DNA of 64,000 bases from an uncultured Candidatus Saccharibacteria bacterium. GTDB taxonomy: Bacteria > Patescibacteriota > Doudnabacteria > UBA920. The stretch spans positions 19,815-83,814 of the forward strand of contig CAZBAS010000001.1 of assembly GCA_964490395.1 (NCBI GenBank), in the 5' to 3' direction. Under the pieces are notes generated by a model. It searched no databases, was not told the DNA's origin, and saw only the letters and a list, made by a program, of their open reading frames with translations. Below, one piece after another: positions 9,062 through 19,000 of this stretch; the stretch's first letter is position 1; each line of letters begins with the position of its first letter. A program made the position numbers and the translations under genes.

Positions 9062-10156
9062 ATGGAACTCGCAAAAAAAATCTTGCTGCTATGCTCTCTT
9101 ATAACGCTTATTTTATACCCCTTTGGCCTGCACGCAGAGACGTTATCAAGCACAAATTATACCGTAGAGAACCCCAGCGTGGATTCAGGCGGTGAAAATA
9201 GCAATTCAACAAATTATAATGAGCGAGAATCCATCGGGGGAAGCAACGACAGCGCTGCGAGTTCAACAAACTATCGAGCATTCCCCGGATTCGTCCAACA
9301 TGCCTACCCAGGCATTCCCGGGCAACCAACACTCGTGAATACTGGTGGGGTACTGTACAACGCCCTAGATTTTATTATTGCTACTGCAGGCAACCAAACT
9401 GACACTACATACGCCATTGCCATATCGAGCGACAACTTTACCACAACCAACTTCATTCAAGCAGACGACACCGTAGGCAGCAGCGCTGTATGGCAATCCT
9501 ATACATCATGGGGCTCAGGCACAGGCCAACGAGTTACAGGGCTCAGCGCGAACACCACATATAAAATTAAAGTCAAAGCGCGCTATGGCTTTGATACCGA
9601 AACTGCTTATTCTATTACCGCCAGCGCTACTACAGGCGGGCCAACCCTCACAGTATCGTTTGCGGGCGTAAACTCAGGCACTACCATATCTGGAGCGACC
9701 ACTACCATTACGAGCGCAAGTAATACTATAAGCTATGGCTCACTAACCCCGAACGTAACAGCGGTAGCAGCTCAAACCATAACGGTAAGTACAAATGCAA
9801 CAGGCGGCTATACTACAACGCTGCAGCAAGACGGCGATCTACGCAACAATGGTGGAGATTCCATAAGTCCCGTATCGGGCAGCAACGCCTCACCCGCAGC
9901 ATGGCCCACAGGCATCACCACTGGGTTTTTTGGATATCACACTACTGACGCCACCCTCTGTACAGGGACCGCGGGAAGATTCACTTCAAATAACACGTAT
10001 GCTGCGGCCACAACCACCCCTTCAGAAATTGCCTGTTCTACCACAACGGTTACAAACGAACAAACGTCATTAGTATATAAAGTGGAAATTGGAACTGGAC
10101 AAGACGCAGGAACATATCAAAACATAGTTACCTACATAACCACTGCGCAATTTTAA
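9062..10156 (+). CDS. Secreted Thr/Ser-rich beta-sandwich protein, paralogue of 6828..7955 (WxL-like / SCPU-like C-terminus).
   Basis: Signal peptide. The C-terminal pattern TLTVSFAGV...ISYGSL...TITVSTNATGGYTTTL....AGTYQNIVTYITTAQF* parallels that of 6828..7955. Confidence 0.5.
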   Translation: MELAKKILLLCSLITLILYPFGLHAETLSSTNYTVENPSVDSGGENSNSTNYNERESIGGSNDSAASSTNYRAFPGFVQHAYPGIPGQPTLVNTGGVLYNALDFIIATAGNQTDTTYAIAISSDNFTTTNFIQADDTVGSSAVWQSYTSWGSGTGQRVTGLSANTTYKIKVKARYGFDTETAYSITASATTGGPTLTVSFAGVNSGTTISGATTTITSASNTISYGSLTPNVTAVAAQTITVSTNATGGYTTTLQQDGDLRNNGGDSISPVSGSNASPAAWPTGITTGFFGYHTTDATLCTGTAGRFTSNNTYAAATTTPSEIACSTTTVTNEQTSLVYKVEIGTGQDAGTYQNIVTYITTAQF

Positions 10157-10160
10157 ACTC

Positions 10161-11123
10161 ATGCATTACTCTTGGCGGGCCCTTATTGTATGGATACTTA
10201 TTATGGCTAGTTTTTTACTGGCCCCTGTTGGATACGCCCAAACAAATGAAGTGGCGCCAGAACTTGAAGTGCAAGGCGTGCGCATAACCCCTTTTATATT
10301 TGAACAATCCGTGCAAAAAGGAGAATCATTCACAGGAGACATTACTCTTACGAACACTACGGCAGCTCCGGTCACGCTTTCATTAGCCATTCGCGACTTC
10401 ATCCCCGCTGGCCGGCACGGCGAAGTCCGATTCCTACCAGCCAACCAAGAAACAGACTCTCATTTTTCCTTATCAAATTGGGTAGAAATACAGAAGCAGC
10501 CAGATTACACGCTTGACCCCGGACAAAGCACGCGTACTACATTTCGCATACATGTCCCAACTGATGCAGATGACGGCACTCACTACGGGGGCATACTCTT
10601 CTCTTTTAGCGAGGGAAAAGCAGAGAACGGCACAACGGTCATTCAAAGCATTGGCGCTATTCTCATTGCAAAAATTGGATATGCCAACGGTAGCGGTACA
10701 GTTGAAACTTTTACCACCCCGCAACACATATACGCCAGCAGCACTGTTCCATTTGTGGCCACTTTTCGTAATACCGGAAATGTGCATTTTAGTCCTAAAG
10801 GTAAAATAGAAATCAAAAATATCTTTGGCAAAGTCGTCGGCCTTGCTTATATAAACGAAAATGCGCAAATTAGCCTTCCTGACACAGTAAGACAATTTGA
10901 AAGTGTTTATAAAGGGAAATTTATGGTGGGAAAATATACTGCCACACTTACCCTTGTTTTCGGAAATCCAAAACTGGAAGCCCAAAAAACGATAGGGTTT
11001 TGGGTGCTGCCATGGAAATCACTTATAAAATTTGGATTATTGAGCATACTTGTATTAGCCCTGCTCATATTCGCAATAATCCGCTATAATACATGGGTTA
11101 TTAAACACGCCCCCCGATCATGA
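10161..11123 (+). CDS. DUF916-like (CscA-like) cell-surface protein with a C-terminal TM anchor (paralogue).
   Basis: Shares VRITPFIFEQSVQKGESFTGDITLTN and DGTHYGGILFSF with the corresponding PVKLELAANPGE... and EPGGYFGAIF segments of 7969..8997. C-terminal TM LSILVLALLIFAIIRY. Confidence 0.5.
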   Translation: MHYSWRALIVWILIMASFLLAPVGYAQTNEVAPELEVQGVRITPFIFEQSVQKGESFTGDITLTNTTAAPVTLSLAIRDFIPAGRHGEVRFLPANQETDSHFSLSNWVEIQKQPDYTLDPGQSTRTTFRIHVPTDADDGTHYGGILFSFSEGKAENGTTVIQSIGAILIAKIGYANGSGTVETFTTPQHIYASSTVPFVATFRNTGNVHFSPKGKIEIKNIFGKVVGLAYINENAQISLPDTVRQFESVYKGKFMVGKYTATLTLVFGNPKLEAQKTIGFWVLPWKSLIKFGLLSILVLALLIFAIIRYNTWVIKHAPRS

Positions 11124-12097
11124 ACCCAGTCTTGCGTTCAGTACTTGTAGTCAGCTTTATTTTTGCCATCATTGCTGGGACACTACCCCGCACTGCCAAC
11201 GCGCTTACTGCCTCCCCTATACGTATAGAGCTAAACTCAGATCCTGGTAAAACAATAACTTCGCAGTTTAAGCTTTACAACGACGGCAAAACAAGCGAGA
11301 CCTACTACGTAATTTTCGAAAACTTTGAAGCCAAAGGAGAAGACGGCAGCCCAACTCTAGTTGCCGGCACAGACGGCCTTGCCCGATGGATGTCCACAAC
11401 GGAGTCTGTCACTATAAACCCAAAAGAGTCAAAAACACTACCCCTCACTGTTACAATACCCAAAGATGCCGAACCCGGCGGGTATTTTGCTGCCATTCTA
11501 GCCTCTACCATTCCACCAACACCTGAAAGCGACCAAAACGTATTACTTGAAGCACAGGTGGGAACCCTTGTTTTATTACAGGTAAACGGAGATTTTAAAC
11601 AAGGAGTAGACATACTAGAGTTTGGAACTACAAGCAAAAAGCACTGGTTTACAGCGCTTCCTATAGAGCTCTATTACCGCTTTCAGAACGCAGGAGACAG
11701 CTGGGTTAAACCCATAGGAGACATTATTGCCAGGAATTGGTTTGGTAAAACAACCAAAGTTATCCCAACAAATGAGGATCGGGGCAACATCCTACCCCGC
11801 AGTATTAGAAAATTTACCACGACATGGTACGGAAAAGATAAAAGCGGCCAAATGCCCAAAGGCTTTTGGAAAAAAGTAGGCTACGAGTGGAACAATTTCG
11901 CTTTTGGGAAATATTCCATGTCCTTAAACTTGGCCTATGGCAACAGTAGCGACCAAGCAGCCAGAGCAACAACAAGTGTGTGGATATTTCCTTGGCATTT
12001 ATTGCTGGCCGGGCTTGTAGCAATTGTGCTAGTATTCGGAATTTCCATCTCGCTCGCCGTTGTTCTGGTCATGAAACTACTAAAACGAAGAAAATAA
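11120..12097 (+). CDS. DUF916-like (CscA-like) cell-surface protein with a C-terminal TM anchor (paralogue).
   Basis: Segments SPIRIELNSDPGKTITSQFKLYN and EPGGYFAAILASTIPP are nearly identical to those of 7969..8997. The start overlaps the previous gene by 4 nt. C-terminal TM plus KRRK tail. Confidence 0.5.
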   Translation: MNPVLRSVLVVSFIFAIIAGTLPRTANALTASPIRIELNSDPGKTITSQFKLYNDGKTSETYYVIFENFEAKGEDGSPTLVAGTDGLARWMSTTESVTINPKESKTLPLTVTIPKDAEPGGYFAAILASTIPPTPESDQNVLLEAQVGTLVLLQVNGDFKQGVDILEFGTTSKKHWFTALPIELYYRFQNAGDSWVKPIGDIIARNWFGKTTKVIPTNEDRGNILPRSIRKFTTTWYGKDKSGQMPKGFWKKVGYEWNNFAFGKYSMSLNLAYGNSSDQAARATTSVWIFPWHLLLAGLVAIVLVFGISISLAVVLVMKLLKRRK

Positions 12098-12114
12098 TCT
12101 CTCACATACATCTA

Positions 12115-12145
12115 AAGCGCCCTCTGTGGGGCGCTTTTGTTTTAA
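12115..12145 (+). terminator. Rho-independent terminator.
   Basis: Hairpin agcgccc-tctgt-ggggcgct followed by tttgtttt. Confidence 0.6.
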
Positions 12146-12483
12146 TAGGAAAATTGGTAGCAACTGTTAAAACAATAATGCTTATTTACTGACGTAGTTA
12201 GTAAATTAAAAGTTACTTTCCACGCAAGCCCAGCTTCACCAACATATACGATCGCAAAAATACACTTTCTAATACTTACGACCACACTTGCTTAAGCGTT
12301 GTCTCAACCATGAAACATAGTAATATGCCTCAGATTTCATACCACACAGCTATTATTGGTTCATGGGTATAATGTAGTTTTTTGTTTTATATAAGCAATA
12401 TTTATGAATAAAACGTATTACCAAGGAATGATTTATATCAAAAACCCTTTTATATTCAAGGAAAAATTTTGAGATGCGCTCTA

Positions 12484-12512
12484 TTGACCTAATGATAAAA
12501 CTGTGATAAAAT
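12484..12512 (+). promoter_or_regulatory. Sigma70-like promoter (TTGACC, 17 nt spacer, TAAAAT) in the long AT-rich leader upstream of the HTH gene and the giant protein gene.
   Basis: ttgacc-taatgataaaactgtga-taaaat read directly. It lies ~210 nt upstream of the 12721 start codon. Confidence 0.4.
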
Positions 12513-12720
12513 ATACATAAGTTTTGTTAAGTTGTGTGTAGATAAAAAACCTAACACCACCTACCAAAAGCTACTTCATTCCGCATAGCGGAAAGAAACC
12601 AAAAGAAAAAATAATTCAATAAGTGGTATTAGTTATTCGTTTTCAGTTTAGTTTTTTGAATGCCTATTTGGTGTTCGTCTAGCAGAAACGAGCAAATATA
12701 ACCACAAGGAAACAAACACC

Positions 12721-12924
12721 ATGCAAAATATGCAGTTACCAGAGCTGCTAACCTTGCGAGAAGCCTGCGAGCTCCTTCACGTTCACCCAAACACGCTCAG
12801 AAATTGGGAAAAAGAGGGAAGACTGTCCGCAGTTCGCATAGGCAGCCGCCGAGACCGCCGCTTCACCAAAGAAGCGCTGGCCCAGCTCTACACCTCTCTT
12901 GCAACCCAATCAGCCGCTTTGTAA
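12721..12924 (+). CDS. Small helix-turn-helix DNA-binding protein (excisionase/MerR-type HTH_17 family).
   Basis: The motif LLTLREACELLHVHPNTLRNWEKEGRLSAVRIGSRRDRRF is the typical excisionase-family HTH. The gene is 67 aa and lies immediately upstream of the giant ORF. Confidence 0.6.
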   Translation: MQNMQLPELLTLREACELLHVHPNTLRNWEKEGRLSAVRIGSRRDRRFTKEALAQLYTSLATQSAAL

Positions 12925-13043
12925 CCATAGTGGCTTTTATTGCAGTCCAAAAACAACAAGAAACAAAAACATTCAATAACGCCATGGCTCACGTATAGCA
13001 CGAAAGCCATACATAAAGAACTACTGGCGAACACCCCCCACAC

Positions 13044-16000
13044 GTGGCAAAACACAATCTGAAAACTATTCTAAATTTCAGAAAGCGTACAAAGCTGTAT
13101 GCTCTTTTGGCATTGGCGGGTGTAGCACTCAATTGGATGCCGTTGTTTGCCCCACCGGCCCAAGCCACGGTTCCAAAATACATAAACTTCCAGGGAAAGC
13201 TCACAAAAGTCTCTGATGGTACTAACGTCACGAACGGAAGCTATGCTTTTGAATTCAAACTATACGATGCGAGCACCAGTGGCACCCTACTCTGGACAGA
13301 AACATATGACCAACCAAGTGGTGCGTGTACTAAACTAGCAGTAACAAGTGGGGTATTCAACGCCAAACTTGGTTCTTGTGCGTCCCTGGCGAGCATCGAC
13401 TTTACCGGCGGATCAATATATCTCAGTGTAAACTTTGCTCCCACAGGTGTTAGCTATGACGGTGAAATGTCGCCACGCAAGCAACTCGTAGCCTCTCCCT
13501 TTGCATTAGTCGCCAACAGCGTATCCGGTGATGGACCTATTAATACAGTTAATTCTTCTGCTACGGCCTTAACCGTAGCAAAATCCGGAAGCAACTATGG
13601 CCTCCAAGTTGATACCAGCACTGCCTCTGCTGCGACAGGTCTTAAAATAACCTCAGCAGCTGCAGCGAGCGGTATTGCCTTGTCGGCTATTTCTTCTGGA
13701 ACTAATGAAAGTATTACTCTCGACGCCAAAGGAACAGGCTCAGTCAGCCTCGGCGCAACCTCTACCGGTGACATCCTCCTTGGTGGAGGCTCGGGTTCCA
13801 CTGGTTGTACAGTTACCAACTCAACCGGTGCATTTGCTTGTACGGCTGGCGGCTCGTTCACAACCCTTGGTCTGAGCGGGGCAATTACCGGAGCGACCGG
13901 GATTACATCTTCCGGCACCATCAACTTCTCTACTCTTTCCGCCTCAAGTGCCGTCTATACCGACGGCTCAAAAAACCTCACCTCAACAGCACCAACAAGC
14001 GGCGCCATTGGCTACTGGTCTAGAAGTGGCACCACACTTCAACCTACGACCAGCAACGATGCAATCTCAATAACGGGCAACTCTGGAGATATTGCCACAC
14101 TTACTTCCTCTGCAACTGAAGCCTCTAACAAAACTTTAAATATTTCTCAGACTGGTGCAACAAGTGGTACTGACTACGGAGCATATATTTCAAACACAGG
14201 AGCAGCAACAAACAATGTTGGTTTATATACCACCACCTCTGGGGCAACCAATAACTATGCTGCGATTTTTGATAGTGGAACAGTAGGGTTTGGTACAACT
14301 GCCCCCACAGCAGGCAAATTGCACATTCTAGCAGCAAACACTACACAACCCGCAATTGCAGTACAGCAGCCAAGCGCGAACAACAACTACAGCATATTAT
14401 TAGCATCTACAAACAACTTTGGCTCCAACAACCTTGATTTAAACTATCAAGATGGTAATGGTATTCGGATGATTAGCAACCTAAATATGAATATCAGCGC
14501 TGGAAGCGCGCTTAATTTAACATCCGGCACCGCATCTACGTACGCCCTACCTTCAAACACCGCAAGTGCTTTACGCTTTACAGATGGGACAAACTCGTAC
14601 CACACTATCGATACGAGAACTACAAACTCCACATCCTCCGCGCACACTTTCGCCACAACTGCACCCACCATTGCCTCATCTAGTACTTCCGCGTATTTAC
14701 TTACGACTTTTACCCCAGGCACCCAAACATACACCGGGACCACCAACACCACCAGCACTGGTGCTACTGCCCCACTGAGCGTACTCTTCAACCAGCCAAC
14801 CATAGCAGGCAACGGCACCAGAACTATTACTGAAACTTCTAACACCGTTATTAATGGTCCAACCATTGCATCTTCTTCTTCAGGTACAGAAACAATTACT
14901 AGCGCCTATGGACTTAATATCCTTTCCGGTTCTGCACTAAACGGCACTGGTGGTGCGGTTACTAACGGTGTTGGTCTTTCAGTAAACGCCCCCACTGGCG
15001 CAACCAATAACTACGCAGCCTTGTTTAACGGCGGCAATGTAGGCATTGGAAACACCGCCCCGACTGAGACGCTCGACGTAACGGGCAACGCAAAAATACG
15101 CGGCACTTTAAAGATCCGAAGCGCTAGCAATACTGGAAACCTAAGCATTCTTGATGCTGGAGGTGGTGTAGCCACAATAGACAACACTGGTAATAGTATT
15201 CTCGCTATAAATGGTGGCTCTATCAGCACAAACTTTGTGACTGGCAACGTTGGTATTGGTATTTCCAACGTCACCACACCAAATGCTGCATTACAAATTG
15301 CCACAAACGGCGCAGCTTCAACACCAGGCGTACGACTTGATGGTACCTGGTACGCTGCAGGAACAAGCACTACTAATAAACCACAATTATTAGTCGAACC
15401 AACTGGCACAACCTCTACTACCTGGTCCGGCGCAGGCACTGGCATTGGCGCCAATGCCGCAAGTGGTTTTACCGGCAACTTACTTGACCTGCAAACAAAC
15501 AATGCAAGCAAGTTTTCAGTAGCAAGCGACGGTACTGTAATTACAGCCAGTACTATTTTTGGCGGCAACGACATTTATGCTGGATCAAGCAGCTACTTAG
15601 CTTTTAGCAGCCGAAGTAAAATTAGTTCCCCTGCCGACAGCAACTTACTACTCACCAACGCTGCTGCAAACGCATTTAACTTATTGCAGTTCGGCGGCAC
15701 TTCTTCTTCTTTCCCTGCCCTAAAACGCAGCACAACCATCCTACAAGCGCGACTTGCAGATGATAGTGGGTACACATCATTTGACGCAGGAAATTTCCTC
15801 CTCAGCGGCACAAACATAAACACCGCGGGTACACTCACTAATGTTGCGTATAAAAATGCAGCCAATACTTTTACAGCTAATAATATCTTCCAGCCAACTG
15901 TCACTACCGGCACTGGGGCCACTGCTGGTGTACAAATTGCAGCAAACAGTTTAACCACCGGTAATGGACTAGATGTTTCTTCTACCTCACTCACAACAGG

Positions 16001-19000
16001 AAACCTAGCAGCGCTCTCTTCTTCATCCACCGCTGGTGGAGCGTCTGGTACTTCTACCCTCCTAAACTTGTCTCGCACTGGTGTTAATAGTAATACCGCA
16101 CACACTGCGTATGGACTTTATTCTACCGTCACAAACACAAACGTGACCAGCGGCACAAACATTGCTGCTTATCTTTCTGCTAGTGGTGCGACTACTGCAA
16201 ATTACGGCCTAATTGTTGCTGCTGGAAATGTAGGGATAGGAACAACAACACCTAAAGGGCTCCTTGAAATTGACGGATACGCGGGACAAACAATACTAAG
16301 AGACCTAGGAGCCGCAGCAGACGAAGGTGGGTGGTCATTTACCACTTCCGCAACCACCCTCACTCTTGGATCAACAAACGACGCCAACAATGCTGGCGCA
16401 AGCCTTCTTGTCGCAAAACGTGGCACCGGCACAACTATAACAAGCTTATACTCCCCTTCGACTTCTACTAATTTTGGGCTGGGCGACTCAACACCGGCCT
16501 CCCTACTTACTGTAGGCAACGGCGACCTTTTCCAAGTAAACTCATCGGGTGCAATTGCTGCTGCCACTGGAATTACCTCTTCTGGAACAATTAACTTCTC
16601 TACTCTTTCCGCTTCTAGCGCGGTCTATACCGACGGCTCAAAAAACTTAACCTCTACCGCACCAACAAGTGGCGCCATTGGGTATTGGTCTAGGAGCGGC
16701 ACCACTTTGCAACCAGCAACAAGCAATGACGTTGTAGCAATTTCTAGTAACGCTGTTGCTGCGGGCGGAGTTCTCGATATTACATCTTCTGGCACAGTTA
16801 CGAGCGGCAATAACGCAATTAGAATCACTGCAAACTCAGTAACCACTGGGGTAGGCGTTTCCTTGTCTACAACTGGAGTAACTACTGGAACAGCATTAAA
16901 CATTACCGGCCCTAGCACAACAGGTGTAACCACTGGCTTGTCATCTGGCTTCATCAAGGCAACAAGCGACGTTGGATCAGGTGGAACCGGCGGGGTGCTG
17001 GCGTACTTAGCACCAGACTACAGCTCCGCTTCTGCCGCAACTAGTTATGGCCTTGAAATAAATGGAACGGATAGCACAACGGTAAGTAATAACAATTACA
17101 ACCTTTACAGTAATTTGGCTATGAGCGGCGATGCTACGAGTAAACTCGGGGTAGCTATCTACGGCAATGTCAGCTCGAGTAGTACACTAGCTGATACTAC
17201 ATATGGCGGCCTATTTGGCACCTCTGTAAGCGGGGCAATATCCACCGGAAGCAGAAACAACTACGGAATATACGCGCAACCAAACGTCAGCAGCGCTAAC
17301 ACAGGTGGTATTACAAATGTGTACGGTGCCTTCCTAGCACCCGCTTCATCGAACTCTACTACTGGCTCTACAGTAAACGTGTACGGCAGCTATACTACAA
17401 ACCAAGCACTCTTAACAACAGGTGGCACCATAAACAGCTATGGCAACTATATTGCCAATGGGTCGGTAAGCACTACTGGAACTTCGACTCAATACGGTTT
17501 ATATGTGGAATCTCAAACTGGCGCAGATAATAACTACACCGCGGTGTTTGCGGGTGGAAACGTAGGAATAGGAACAACAACGCCTACGGCCTTTCTTCAT
17601 GTCGGCTCTAATGGTGCAGCATCTAACCCTGGACTTAAGCTGAGCGGCTCATGGTTTACCGGTGGCGACTCTACCACGACTAAACCACAGGCTTTAATAG
17701 AAGCGAGTGGGGCAACTTCTTCAGGGTGGTCCACAAGCGGCACTGGCCTTGGTATAAACGCACCGAGTGGTTTTACGGGAAGAATGATAGATGTAAAACT
17801 AAATGGAACCAGCTCCTTTGCCCTTAATGAGGCTGGAGGCATTTCAATCTTGGGCCAAGGAGTTACTAATATTGGGGCGGCCCAAGCCTACTGGTATCAA
17901 CCATCAGGAGCTACTGTATCAATTGGAAACAACGGCGACACTGGGGCAAGTAATTTATTACTACGGGCTGGAGCAAGCGGGTCTTCTGGTGGAAACATCA
18001 CATTTAATATAAACAACTCTAATACCGGAATATGGAACTCCGCAGGTTTTGGTATTGGTACCGGCACACCAATAGACCCACTCTCTATTAGCACCGCAAT
18101 AAACGCATCTGCGACACACGCACTGTTTAATCTTTCAAACACCGCTCTTTCCAGTGGTTCGGCTAATGGTACGTACATAGGCGCAAACCCTGCGGCTTTT
18201 ACTGGCAACTTCTTCGACTTTCAAGTTGCGAGTTCTAGTGTAGCTAAACTCACCAGCGCTGGTGCATTAACCGTTTCATCTTGTACTGGTTGTGGTAGTG
18301 GAGCCACTACATTCGACGCAATTGGAGATCCCGCTGGTAATGGCGCTATAAACATGGGTACCACTGTTCAAACCCTAGACTGGGGAGCCACCACCACAAC
18401 CGACAACTTAAGCATTACTTCCTCTGGTACTGGCATAACCTCTGGTTCTGTATTAAAAGTCACCTCGGCCACTACTGGCGCAGTTTCAAATGGACTTATT
18501 CAATTCACCGCAAGTGGTGCATATACATCAACTGGCGGGTTATTGAGTGTAACCGGCAACTCTACCGCAACTGGTACACTCGCAAAGTTTTCTGCTACCG
18601 GTTTAACTACTGGTACAGGGCTAACAATTGCCGGTGGTACGGCAATGACAACTGGCACAGTACTAGGCGTGAGCAGTGCAACCTACAACCACGCCAACGG
18701 TGAAACTGGAAATATGGCTTCACTAATCTTCTCAGACGCAACCACAACCGCCGGCGCCGTAACCAGCACCACCAACGGATTAAACATCGCCTCAACCATA
18801 GCAGCAACAACCAGCACCAGTGGTACAAAAACTGTGAACGCAATTAACATTGCCTCCCCTACTCTCACTTCTTGTACTGGTGGTGCTAGTTGTGTCTGGA
18901 ACGGTGTACAAATTACTGCTCCAGCGACTACTGCTAGTTTTACTTCTACTGCACTCAAAGTAGTTGCGAACTCTTTAACCACCGACACAGTGGCTAGTAT

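Noticed and set aside
10473-10985. 170-aa minus-strand ORF inside the 10161..11123 surface-protein gene.
   Set aside because: It is antisense to a gene supported by paralogy with two neighbours. Its translation is low-complexity (KFPFINTFKLSYCVRK...). It is spurious.
12098-12720. Search for a tRNA or other structured RNA gene in the 620-nt ORF-free region.
   Set aside because: No cloverleaf-compatible arrangement or conserved tRNA motifs (GTTC-RANNC, etc.) were found by eye. Only a short ccgc-ata-gcgg hairpin and promoter-like hexamers are present. It is treated as leader/regulatory DNA.
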